Source: Octopus bimaculoides (taxonomy: Eukaryota). From it: a stretch of 32,072 nucleotides of DNA. This document shows, in pieces, positions 11,698 to 23,099 of the stretch (positions are counted from its first letter, which is position 1; each line of letters starts with the position of its first letter). The translations under genes and the position numbers were made by a program. A model generated the notes under the pieces. That model had not been told where the DNA came from and ran no database searches. It saw only the letters and a list, made by a program, of their open reading frames with translations. The stretch spans positions 30,855,888 through 30,887,959 of the forward strand of contig NC_069000.1 of NCBI RefSeq assembly GCF_001194135.2. The letters are read 5' to 3'.

Positions 11698-12329
11698 AAT
11701 GGAATCAATCTGGTGATAATTTTAGCATGCACAGCAAAACAAAAGTGCCCTTGTTACTTTTGGCGTCCGGAGGATACCGGTACTATGGCAACTGAAATAG
11801 AGTTATAATGAAAGGAAACCATTAGTTGCTTATTTTCATATATATATATATATANNNNNNNNNNGTGATTAAGCTATTTTATTCATTTTATATGGTGTTC
11901 TGCCCTACCTGATCAATTTATTATTTCATAATATCTAATTTTTGTACCCCTATCTAATAAAATCTAATTTTATTAGATATTTAGCTTATATAATACAATA
12001 CTGGTATCTTCACTACTTAGAATAAACTACTTAGATTATAACTTAATTAATATATAGTTAGCATGTTCTTTTGCTTCAGTACTTCTTTATTAAATACTAG
12101 TGAATACCAATGATCAATCTTCATAGAGACCATCTAATAAGTTAATATATAAGCATATATGTATAAATATGAAACTATTGCTATGTAATTTCTTTTCCTC
12201 CCTCTATTGTGATAAAATATGGTATATACTCAAAAGTATTCAAAATTATTTTATCCTGTTGCTATAATATTCTTCTTAATAAATAATCTTCTGAATAACT
12301 CTAAATTTTAACTTTATAGAATAGGGCAA

Positions 12330-12631
12330 CACTGTTTAAACTATTTAACAAGAGTACCCCATGATAGCATTTCTTTAAAGACTATTCTATCAATTTTGTT
12401 GAAATTTTACGAGTGAAAAAATGCAATAGCTGCAGGAAGAATAACATCGCGATAGGAATTTCCATTTAAACGCTCGATTAAGCTCACAAAAATTGATGCC
12501 AACTGAGCATTATTGAGTTTTCGAAAAATTCCGGGCGTATTTGAACTTCAGGGCATGTGATCAACCCATTGGCCAAAAATCATTAAAATCAGTTGGACGA
12601 TGTAGGACGAAGACGGACACCGTAACACATT

Positions 12632-12640
<9 letters not shown>
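12330..12640 (-). mobile_element. Possible non-autonomous Helitron/Helentron-like (DINE-1/HINE-type) fragment
   Basis: The minus strand starts ATATACATAAATGTGTTACGGTGTCCGTC...CAACTGATTTTAATGATTTTTGG, resembling the core of rolling-circle-derived short elements (family knowledge). The ends are not resolved. Confidence 0.35.
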
Positions 12641-12662
<22 letters not shown>

Positions 12663-13008
12663 NNNNNNNNNNNNNNNNNNNNNNNNNNNNNNNNNNNNNN
12701 NNNNNNNNNNNNNNNNNNNNNNNNNNNNNNNNNNNNNNNNNNNNNNNNNNNNNNNNNNNNNNNNNNNNNNNNNNNNNNNNNNNNNNNNNNNNNNNNNNNN
12801 NNNNNNNNNNNNNNNNNNNNNNNNNNNNNNNNNNNNNNNNNNNNNNNNNNNNNNNNNNNNNNNNNNNNNNNNNNNNNNNNNNNNNNNNNNNNNNNNNNNN
12901 NNNNNNNNNNNNNNNNNNNNNNNNNNNNNNNNNNNNNNNNNNNNNNNNNNNNNNNNNNNNNNNNNNNNNNNNNNNNNNNNNNNNNNNNNNNNNNNNNNNN
13001 NNNNNNNN

Positions 13009-13080
<72 letters not shown>

Positions 13081-13135
13081 TGTATGTATGTATGTGTGTA
13101 TGTATATGTAAATGTGTGTGTGTGTGTATAATATA

Positions 13136-13505
13136 TGGCTTTGTGGTAAGAAGGTTCCGTCTTATTGCGTGGAACACTGGACTAGTGCCTTCTACTGTAG
13201 CCTTGGGCCAGCCAAACCCCTGAGTGGATTTGGTAGGCGGAAACTAGAAGAAGCCCGTCGCATATATCTATATACACATATATCAATATGTGTATGTGTG
13301 TCTTTCTGTGTTTCGTCCCTCAATCACCGCTTGACAACCGGCATTGGTACGTCTCCGTAAGTTAGCGGTTCAGGAAAAGATTCTGATAGAATAAGTACTA
13401 GGCTTAAAAAACAAGTCCTGGGGTCGATTTCTTCGACTTACACCCTTCAAGTCGGTGCTATAGTTTAGCAGTCAAATGACTAAAGCAAGTAAAGGAATAA
13501 AAGAA
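13136..13505 (+). mobile_element. SINE family B, near full length with an internal TA/TG tract
   Basis: Degenerate tRNA-like head (TGGCTTTGTGGTAAG...), body GAGTGGATTTGGTAGGCGGAAACTAGAAGAAGCCCGT shared with 31188-31452, and a 3' tail shared with 8461-8562. Confidence 0.88.
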
Positions 13506-13508
13506 AAA

Positions 13509-13522
13509 ATATATATATATAC

Positions 13523-13606
<84 letters not shown>
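13509..13606. repeat. (TA)n microsatellite directly after the SINE tail
   Basis: Seen directly. Confidence 0.95.
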
Positions 13607-13611
<5 letters not shown>

Positions 13612-15030
13612 AATGTACAAAATTACACTAGCACACTAGCACACACGCTCTTATACACGAGCGTACATACATACGGGTATACATAGAATGAAAATTTATG
13701 TATATAAACTGATTTATATCAATAGTTGAATGAATTCAACATCAAGTGTATATTATTTAAGCAGCACTTAATATGCGCAGAAGGTACAAACGATGTTATT
13801 ATGTTAATTATAATGTTTCAAGTGATATTATATAACGTTACGCGATTTATTTAAAATTTTCGAAAGGTTTATGGAATGCAAAGTACCGAGATAGTAGCTT
13901 GTGAAGGAATCTATTGGGAAGATAAAGTTAAATCGGAAATCGATAATATATGATTTAACCATGTCCCGATAATTTAAACAAATATATACTGATATAGAAT
14001 GAATCAATTATAATTAGAAAATCGATGTATCTCAAAATCTATAGAATTAGGGAGCTGCGTCACTCAGCATGCGCGGTGGAAAGTGTATACATGTATACTT
14101 GTGTGTTTGCATGAGTGTGTATGTGTGTGTGGGGGTGATGTGGGTTTGTGTATGTGTGTGTATGTGTGTATTAGCCGTTTATAACTACACAAACACTATT
14201 AACTTCATAAACGTTTATCTTTCTTGTGATGTCCACATTTTAGTTACATGTATCTTCGGTATGGCCACTGAAGTTGAACCCAAAAGTAACCGAATATATT
14301 CTCTGTAGGACAAGCCCGTTATAGTTCAGGTTTCGACCACTAAAATCCACTTGATGCGACCCTCAGGCAAGAAAGATGACAGAGTGAAGTCTATAATTAA
14401 TGTAGGTACTGCAATATGTCGGATTTCAAGATACTAGATGAGCCATTTGGGTTTGAAAACATAAAGAAACAAAGTATTCCACCGCACTACTTAACTCTAG
14501 ATCTGAAAAGTTTATTAGATGCAATGACATTGCAAATTCCTGTTGTCGAACTGGAGGAAACCACCCTCTCCTGGTTGAGAAGTTTTGCACATTTGGCCTT
14601 CCCCCCGTTGAATTATTCTACACCAGCTAAATGAATTCTTGGTTTTCCTTCATTTTCAGTTTCTTGTTTTATCGTTACACATTTTACAACAATCCTCGTC
14701 TCTTTCTTTCCTTAATGTTTTCTCACACTAGCGTACTGATTTTCAAATAAAACCAACCACAATAGAGAGCCTGAAGGATTGCTTAGAGACACAAGACACG
14801 TTATATAAATCTACCGAATATTTGCGTTCCAAGGCATAAAACTATAAGCAGCCCATTTCAAAATACTGAGTACATATATGTATATATATATATATCCATT
14901 AATCGTAACGTAATTGTATAAGGGAAATAAATAAGAAGATAAACAAATTACTTTTATGATTGCAATATGCTTTAAAACCTGGGAAGATCCCGATCACTCG
15001 TTTCAGTATAACTTAGTCATTTAAATTGTG

Positions 15031-15097
15031 AAACGTCCTGGCTAGAGACACTCTGGCGGGAGACGTTCTGTTGGGAGACGTTCTGGCGGGAGACGCA
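15031..15097. repeat. 15-bp tandem repeat (about 4.5 units, consensus AGACGTTCTGGCGGG)
   Basis: Units: AAACGTCCTGGCTAG, AGACACTCTGGCGGG, AGACGTTCTGTTGGG, AGACGTTCTGGCGGG, AGACGCA. Confidence 0.9.
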
Positions 15098-15104
15098 CTT
15101 CATC

Positions 15105-15106
<2 letters not shown>

Positions 15107-15185
<79 letters not shown>
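15107..15185. repeat. (TG)n microsatellite
   Basis: Seen directly. Confidence 0.97.
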
Positions 15186-15187
<2 letters not shown>

Positions 15188-15282
15188 ATGCGTGAGTTTT
15201 ATAATTTCAAATGTAAGCATATTTATATATTTACACTATTTGTCTTATCCGGTTGGTTTATCAACATATAATACACAGAATT

Positions 15283-15598
15283 GCATAGCTCACTGGATAG
15301 AGTAATCGCCCCAAGATCGTAAGGCCGGGAAATCGATACCCAGCAGTACTTTGTTTCTTAGAGAAAGACGCTTTATTTCACACTAATCCAGTCCACTCAG
15401 CTCGCAAAATTGAGTTGTTGCAGTTGTACTTCACACAGCGAGCCTTGCACATTTTGTGTCACTATGAATCTCCCTGAGAACAACAATAAGGGTAAGCGAG
15501 GCCGTATGCTACTTGTACGTAAGTTTCACGTGCGGGCTGCTCCGCCGATCGGATCCATTTCAATCCACGTTGAAGTAACGGACGTGGTGCGTCATGTT
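15283..15598 (+). mobile_element. tRNA-derived SINE family C with a CORE-like central domain (OR2-like)
   Basis: A-box TAGCTCACTGG (15286-15296) and B-box-like GGAAATCGATACCC (15328-15341), then TTAGAGAAAGACGCTT...CCAGTCCACTCAGCTCGCAAAATTGAG resembling the CORE consensus TTGGGCAAGTCACTT...CTCAGTTTCCTCATCTGTAAAATGGG. CORE-SINEs are known from octopus (OR2). Confidence 0.65.
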
Positions 15599-16199
15599 AC
15601 TACATAGGCTATCGTTATCTTATGAACTGCATAAGAAAAACATTTATTTATTTCTCATCTCTCTTATATATATATGTATGTATGTATCTCTCTCTATATG
15701 TGTGTGTGTGTTTGTGTTTGTACGTGTGAGTGTGTGTGTGTCTGTGTGTATGTGTATGTAATACTGAATGACAATGGCATTTAAGGGATGTATCATTAAC
15801 ATCATTTTTGGATAATAGGAAGATTTTATACAGAATAATTGCAACTCTATTATTAACTGCCAAACTCCAGTCGGATGCAAAGCCCTTAGAAAACAGATCC
15901 GAGAACTTTAAATGGTCTGTCACATATTTTATCTTCTTGTCAAAAACTCTATTACTTGATCGGGATATATTCATCTAATTTTCATCTTTTTATCATTATA
16001 AAAACAATTTATCTGATCTGACTGTTTCTACGCAAGTTATTTTTCGACTCACCATTGAGGATAGACAAAGCCTCAAACCTTTTTTTTTTTTATTATCAAA
16101 AACTCTACAACTTGATTTGAAAACATTTTTGTCAACTAATTTTTGATACTACAGAGGATACACAAAACCTGACACTTTACATTTGAAAATCATTTTAAA

Positions 16200-16456
16200 T
16201 AAGTATAACCGGTTAAGTTAATAAATACTTTTAAAGACTCCTACATTTATAAGTCGCCATGATAGATCGCTGACCACAACATTCAATTTTTTTCTCTGTC
16301 TTTTTCTCCTTGTTTTTCTCCTTATTTCTTTCTGTTGAAGAGCGTAGCTCGAAACGTTAAAGACTTTCTCTATTCCCGAGCGTTAAACTAATACATCCTT
16401 TTGTTGTTTACACCACCTGTCCTCGTCTGTTCTTGTTTTTTTTCGTAAATTCTCCC
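16200..16456 (+). mobile_element. Probable Penelope-like element (PLE) terminal-repeat fragment
   Basis: Contains a minimal hammerhead-like motif in a pyrimidine-rich context. Association of such motifs with PLE terminal repeats is established. No recognisable RT or GIY-YIG ORF is retained. Confidence 0.55.
16327..16363 (+). ncRNA. Minimal type-I hammerhead-ribozyme-like motif (variant core CUGUUGA)
   Basis: Stem I TCTTT/AAAGA (5 bp), core CTGTTGA plus an extra A, stem II GAGC-GTA-GCTC, then GAAAC-GTT with the AACGTT palindrome replacing stem III. Confidence 0.55.
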
Positions 16457-17063
16457 ATGTATATATATATATATACACATGGTGGTGGTTGTCTACACCT
16501 GGTGCAGAGTTTGACCATCTTCTATACCTACACCTTAGAACCATCATGGCACCTGATGTGGCTTTTTAAACCAGACATTGTTTTAAAAAGACACTCACAT
16601 AGATTGCATATTCGATTTGGACATCTCGCATCATCCGTACACATATTCTCATTTAACAGCAGAGTTGTATATCTTCTTAACCTAAGGTGTGTTTTCTGTA
16701 ACTAATTATATTGTCTTCAACATAATGCATAATATACTGCATTCCTTAATTGGTAATTACTGATAAATCCAGAATTGAGGACATTCAATATGGAGGAGTA
16801 TTACAATCAAAGATAAACACCTTGAGCTTGAAGAAAGAAAATCGTTACATCACAAAGAGTTGGATTGTTATATAGTTAGACACACACACACATACACAGA
16901 AACACGCACCCTAACACAAATATGTGCATACATAAGTGTGTGACAGTGCACACAGATATATAGATATGTACATACACATTATTCTATCTCTCTATCTAAC
17001 TATCTAACTATCTAACTATATATATATATATATATATATACATATGCGCGCGCGCACACACAA

Positions 17064-17111
<48 letters not shown>

Positions 17112-17617
17112 GAAAGAGAGGAGGAGAGAGACAAAGCGAGAGATAGAAATCTTGTTAAGAAATGCGGTTGTAATTAGGTAAACCATACTAGTCAACTATG
17201 AAAATGCTTTTTGCTTTTCGAAATACGGATACTCCAAGTTTGTTGAGCAAGCAAATCTTTTTAGCTTCCTTGCTGGATGGATCGCAAATGAAATGTAATT
17301 GCGTTTTGCGCTCTCTAGGCGTAGAAGTTCTGTCGTTTATAGTGAAGTTTGCATATTGACGTCTTCCTCTTTTGTTGTAGCCATTTTGTTTCCGTTTCAT
17401 ACCTAACTTTTTCTCCATTGTGTTGTGTAATTTATTCTCTGTTTTTCTCATTTTTGCTCGTTTACTTTGTTGACTTCTTTCTTTTCTGTGGCTTTGCCTG
17501 AGTATGTTCAGGGTTTATGTGACTGTCGTTGTTTGCGTTTGATTTGATTGTGCATTCTTTAGTTTTATTGCATCTCGGTTTTGTAATTAAGCGGCATAAG
17601 CGGTAAATGGTGGAAGA

Positions 17618-17625
17618 TAATAATG

Positions 17626-17684
<59 letters not shown>

Positions 17685-17717
17685 AAGAAGAAGAAGAAGA
17701 AGAAGAAGAAGAAGAAG
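17618..17717. repeat. (AAT)n-(AAG)n compound microsatellite
   Basis: Seen directly. Confidence 0.97.
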
Positions 17718-18258
17718 ACGACCGAAATCAACGAGAACGCCTGAAACGAGAAATCCACTCCAAATTGCGAAGAATCCATTTTGTATGAAAATTGACGATG
17801 ATGCTTTGAACAAAATACACACCTCAGCTGTATCCGAGAATGAATTTGATAAGAAATAAATAAAAAAATAAATACTACAGAAGTCAATGTGACTCCACGA
17901 GCAACAGAATTTCGAGAAATCTGATAGAGGGTAAGGAATATGTAGAAACCATCACGGATGAGAATTCTAAAACAATGAAGACTTGGCTTATAGAATAGTG
18001 TTTCGACAATAAGAATACCAGAAATATTCCAGGAACTAAAAAGCAGCTTCAAGGTACAAAGACCTGGTAAGATATTAACAATGTGGGTTTAAATGTTTGA
18101 CAGTTATATATAACTTGTTGGCGGAAGTGTTTTGAAAGATAGTGACAGAGCTGGAGAGGAAACTTGATTTGTACACTGAAGACAAAAGGAAAAAAATCAT
18201 TTTAATTCTGAAGATTAAACTGACAGCGAACCATTAATATGAGATTATAATCCTCAAC

Positions 18259-18470
18259 GCAGGTGGGTGAGAGAATCGTTAGCACGCCGGTCAAAATACT
18301 TAAGCGATATTTAGTCCTTCTTTACCTTTTGAATTCAGATTCTGCCGAGGTCAACTTTGCTTTTCATCCTTTCGAGATCGAAAAATAAATATCACTTGAG
18401 CACAGGGAGCGATATAATCGACTTATCCACTGCTCCGAAATTTCAGGCCTGTGCTTGTAATACAAAAGAA
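18259..18470 (+). mobile_element. SINE family A, full length, degenerate
   Basis: GAATCGTTAGCACGCCGG...GAATTCAGATTCTGCCGAGGTCAACTTTGCTTTTCATCCTTTCGAGATCG...ATTTCAGGCCTGTGC; colinear with 20592-20822. Confidence 0.88.
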
Positions 18471-19641
18471 TATGAGACTCTAATCTACCTTCTTACATCT
18501 TACCTGTACTTAACCGCAGTTGATAAATAAACCCATGAAAAAATACAACTTACTTCCAGAAAAGCAAGTGGGATGCGACAAAGGTTTGATTAATTTAAAG
18601 ATCAATAACCCAGCAAGAGAAAGAATGGTTCACTATGTTTCAAATTATCTGATAGAAGGCATTTGACAGTTTCGCCTACTTGGAGATGGTGTAAACGTTG
18701 TTCATGAAGACTGTTACTTGTATGAAGATACATAAATCATACGTATTAGTGTATGGCCAAGAATTCTGTAGAGAGAAATAAAAAAGTGAATTGTAAAATG
18801 TACTCCTGTCTTTAGTGTATACTCTAATGCTACACCTTTTCATTCTGGGATGAATATCATTTAACGACACGTTAAACCTCATAGGATTCCAATACAAATG
18901 CTATAGGACGGGAATCAATCATGAACAATTTAAAACAAGAAAATATGCATTGATTTACTGGAAGAAAGTAAGCCAAAACCACATTGAATACGAAAGTATA
19001 TAAAAAACACAAATATCATGCTAGTTAAAAATAAAAACAACCGATAAGAAGGAAAGGAAAATTTAAGACGGAACATTATAGCGACGGAAAATTAACGCCT
19101 AAAACATATTTAAACACACAAGCTTAGTATATGATAATTAAATAGGGAAACAATTCCAATAATATGTGATTTGGGAATGATTTCTGAACATGCAAACAAA
19201 TATATATTCAAGCCCCCAAAATTAAAATTATGTACAAAATTCTAAAAATAGAATTAGTAGGTAATGCTTACGGTTTATATTGAATACTCTCAATACAATA
19301 GGAAATAAAAAGTCTTAATAAAACACCGCAAATACCCAAAGTTTGTAGATCTACGCTTGGTTATGCAGTTAAAATATGCGCAGTAAAGATATAACTACTG
19401 ACAAATAGTAATAATAATATATTTTTTTTTATTTACCGATACTATAAATCCAATACATACGTTATAAGTGTGCCATAGCTGTTTTAAATAGTGTAGACAT
19501 ACATATATGCATATAAATACACACACACACACACATATATATACACACGTACATATACATACGTACATATGTACATATGTATGAGTGTGCGTGTGAGTGT
19601 GTACGTATGTATATATATATATATATATTATATTTGTATGA

Positions 19642-19676
<35 letters not shown>

Positions 19677-19697
19677 TACATACGCATACAAATAACG

Positions 19698-19767
19698 AGA
19701 AGAAGAAGAAGAAGAAGAAGAAGAAGAAGAAGAAGAAGAAGAAGAAGAAGAAGAAGAAGAAGAAGAA
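19698..19767. repeat. (AAG)n microsatellite running into a gap
   Basis: Seen directly. Confidence 0.97.
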
Positions 19768-20039
19768 NNNNNNNNNNNNNNNNNNNNNNNNNNNNNNNNN
19801 NNNNNNNNNNNNNNNNNNNNNNNNNNNNNNNNNNNNNNNNNNNNNNNNNNNNNNNNNNNNNNNNNNNNNNNNNNNNNNNNNNNNNNNNNNNNNNNNNNNN
19901 NNNNNNNNNNNNNNNNNNNNNNNNNNNNNNNNNNNNNNNNNNNNNNNNNNNNNNNNNNNNNNNNNNNNNNNNNNNNNNNNNNNNNNNNNNNNNNNNNNNN
20001 NNNNNNNNNNNNNNNNNNNNNNNNNNNNNNNNNNNNNNN

Positions 20040-20074
<35 letters not shown>

Positions 20075-20591
20075 TGCAAATGAGTTCAAATAAGCCATAC
20101 AGGGATGAAAGGGAAGAGAGAATTAAAAACAGAAGTAAAAGAAAAGACACAGAATAGAAACATAGAAACATTCAGTGCATACAAGACAGAGATATAATGT
20201 GAAGGAGAAAGGAAGGGAAGAGAAGGTGGGAATGGAGTAAGACTAAGTAAACAAAAGATTGTTTCGTTGATGAAATGTACAGAGAGGTTACAACGAACTT
20301 TGTGCTATTAATTCTTGTCATATTTCAAATGAATGCCTCTTTGAAAATAAGATTTCAAATGAAGAGAGTGGTGGACAAATATTCTTATCACTTGTGTTCC
20401 CCAAAAAATGTCTTAACCAATGCTTATTAATATATTAAATTAACACCGAATTATTTGCGTCTAATAGAAATGTTTGGTTTGTCCTTTAATATATTTGTCG
20501 CCAAAGGTTTGGGTTTTTCTGTCCCTCCCACTACCCAAAGTAATTATTTTCCTACATTTATCATCATCTTCATCATCATTGTTATTATTGC

Positions 20592-20822
20592 GAAGTGGGT
20601 GATCTGGCACAATCGTTAGCACGACGTGCGAAATGCTTAGCGGCATTTCGTCTGACGCTGCGTCCTGAGATCTAATTCCGCCGAGGTCGACTCTGCCTTG
20701 CATCCGTTCTAAGTCGATAAATTAAGTACCAGTGAAACACTGGGGACGATGTAATTGACTAATCCCCTTCCACCATATTTCAGGCCTTCTGCCTATAGTA
20801 GAAAGGATCATTTTTATTATTA
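20592..20822 (+). mobile_element. SINE family A, full length
   Basis: tRNA-like head (CTGGCACAATCGTTAGCAC...TCCTGAGATCTAATTCCGCCGAGGTCGAC), body GTCGATAAATTAAGTACCAG...CACTGGGG, and a TTA-type tail. Confidence 0.92.
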
Positions 20823-20840
20823 TGTTTAATGTTAAGGCGA

Positions 20841-20971
20841 CAAAATTTCCCCAAGACACCTGATGAAGGCTGCATGGTATATCAGCCGAAACGTTGTATT
20901 AACAACAAACAAGATGCGGACAACTATCCGTCAAATGAACATAATTCCTCATCTCTTAAATATAGAACTGT
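20841..20971 (+). mobile_element. Probable Penelope-like terminal-repeat fragment (second family)
   Basis: Carries a hammerhead motif with canonical CUGAUGA. Its flanks are unrelated to those of 16200-16456. The PLE assignment is inferred from the motif. Confidence 0.55.
20853..20900 (+). ncRNA. Minimal type-I hammerhead-ribozyme-like motif (canonical CUGAUGA...GAAAC)
   Basis: CTGATGA (20860-20866) plus an extra A, stem II GGCTG/CAGCC (5 bp, 10-nt loop), GAAAC (20888-20892), GTT. Stem I GACAC/GTATT has one mismatch and one wobble. Confidence 0.65.
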
Positions 20972-21589
20972 AAAATCATGTGCACATTTGAAGTCTGAAC
21001 AGATTCTCGTAATCTTCGATTATGATATATGACCACCTGTTGAACTACATTGAAAGAATGGAGACAAAATTACTGAGATTAGCTGCGGAAAAAAGATGAT
21101 CCCTTCAAAAAGTTCTTTCAAGGAGAAAAATAAATAAATAAGTAAACGGCTGGCAGAGGTGAAGACGATACTAATACAGGGAAGTGTGCAACCTTGATGA
21201 GTTCTTAATCATGCCCATAAATTATTTTCCATTATTGATTATTTTAATTCTTCTAAAGAAGGAACAGGTTTCTGACAAAGAAATAAAGATGTATCGCTTT
21301 AATTTAGACAACAATAATAGCAGAAGTTTAGACTGAACTTCAGAAATGTTTCACATGTTTTGGAGCAGTTTTAATCTGTGTATGTAATTTTCGATGAATA
21401 TATGAATGTATGTACGTACGCACGTATATTTACGTATGTATGCATGCGTGCAACCAAGCATTATGTATACATGTATACTTGAATGTTTATCTTCATGATT
21501 CCATGTATTTACAGGCATCCATTTTTCTCGAGTTAATCTTTGTATCGGTTTCCTAAACATTCATATACGTAGAACATTCTGAAATATTT

Positions 21590-21822
21590 ATTTCTTTATT
21601 GCCCACAGGGGACGAAAACATAGAGGGGGAAAACGAGGACAGACAAAGGGATTAAGTCCATTACATCGAACCAGTGCGTAACTGGTACTTATTTAATCGA
21701 CACCGACAGGATGAAAGGCAAAGTCGACCTCGGTGGAGTATGAACTCAGAACGTTAGCGGCAGACGAAATACCGCTAAGCATTTCGCCCGGCGTGATAAC
21801 GTTTAGGCCAGCTCGCCGCCTT
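21590..21822 (-). mobile_element. SINE family A, full length, best-preserved copy
   Basis: Minus strand GGCGGCGAGCTGGCC...CGTTATCACGCCGGGCGAAATGCTTAGCGGTATTTCGTCTGCCGCTAACGTTCTGAGTTCATACTCCACCGAGGTCGACTTTGCC..., ending GGGCAATAAAGAAAT. Confidence 0.93.
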
Positions 21823-22199
21823 TAGATTCTGGTATATTTATGTTTTGTTGTTGTTTTCTTAAATGCCGTGTCAACTGCTTTATAATATCGGGACTGGAAT
21901 GCTTGTTTTCGTGTAGATTATAGCGTGNNNNNNNNNNNNNNNNNNNNNNNNNNNNNNNNNNNNNNNNNNNNNNNNNNNNNNNNNNNNNNNNNNNNNNNNN
22001 NNNNNNNNNNNNNNNNNNNNNNNNNNNNNNNNNNNNNNNNNNNNNNNNNNNNNNNNNNNNNNNNNNNNNNNNNNNNNNNNNNNNNNNNNNNNNNNNNNNN
22101 NNNNNNNNNNNNNNNNNNNNNNNNNNNNNNNNNNNNNNNNNNNNNNNNNNNNNNNNNNNNNNNNNNNNNNNNNNNNNNNNNNNNNNNNNNNNTGCGTAT

Positions 22200-22620
22200 G
22201 TGTGTATGTGCCTTGAAGTATGTATCAGAACGAGTGTACTGTGTCCGTGTGTGTCGTATCAGTGTATCCGTGTGTGTGTGTGTGTGTGTGTGTGTATTTG
22301 TGTGTGTGTGTGTGTGTGTGTGTGTCTGTCTGTCTGTGTGTGTGTCTGTGTCTGTGTGTGTGTGTGCCTGTGCCTGTACGTTTAATGTGTGCTTCAGAAC
22401 TGAATGCAAAGGAAATTTAACATAAATAAATAGGATACAGTGGGAAGAAAATATTAAACAAGAGAAGAAATGAAAGGAAGGAATGAACGGACGGAAGGAA
22501 GGAAGGAAGGTGGGAAGGAAAGTCAGCAGGAAGAAAAGAAGGAAGGAAAGAGAGAAAGAAGGAAGCATGAATGCTGAATGACAGACAGAAAAAAAAATAC
22601 TGCAAAGGGAACCAAAAAAT
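22200..22620. repeat. (TG)n/(TCTG) tract followed by a purine-rich (GGAA)-like low-complexity tract
   Basis: Seen directly. Confidence 0.85.
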
Positions 22621-23099
22621 CCAAAAGTGAATCGTGTGTTACAAAGCTCAATGAAGTAAGCATTCGAATATTGAGAGAAGAAAACGATAGAAATGAAGTA
22701 TATGAGAGAATAGAGGGAGAAAAGGAAATACGTGACAGAGTAACTGAGACGTAGGGGAAAGAGTTAACCAGATATATATTATAGAAGGATAGATATTACA
22801 TCAATATGTATATATATCTGCGATGATTTTTGGTAAGCAGCGTCGGTTTATACTTCATGAGACATACATTTAAAGCTTGTAAACGATCACCGTGCAATGA
22901 CTATTTTTTTCTATCGAGGGCTTATATGTTCCACTACTAGACTAGTTTCTTTAGCCATTGCACGGTATTCGCTTATAAGATTAGAAAAAAAATACAATTT
23001 CTTTCTCCCTCTACCACTCTCTCTCTTCCCTTTACACCGGCATGGTCACATGCTTCCGGTCACAGCTTTTATACACTACATAATTTTTCTCGTCTGGCC

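Noticed and set aside
11951-11979. 12-bp perfect hairpin TATCTAATAAAA/TTTTATTAGATA
   Set aside because: Expected by chance in very AT-rich sequence; no further support. The surrounding AT-rich block shows no mitochondrial gene match by eye, so a NUMT is not supported.
14416-14634. Plus-strand ORF MSDFKILDEPFGFE...
   Set aside because: 72 aa with no recognisable family; the ILDEP resemblance to an ABC Walker B motif is superficial.
15283-15345. tRNA gene
   Set aside because: The cloverleaf stems do not close and the sequence continues into a SINE body, so it is a SINE head rather than a functional tRNA.
17188-17451. Minus-strand ORF MRKTENKL...
   Set aside because: Lysine-rich because of base composition; no domain recognised in any frame.
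18680-18765. Candidate 86-nt minus-strand exon (strong TTTCTCTCTACAG acceptor, CAA|GTAGGC donor)
   Set aside because: Splice-like signals only; the peptide NSWPYTNTYDLCIF... is unrecognised and no partner exons were identified.
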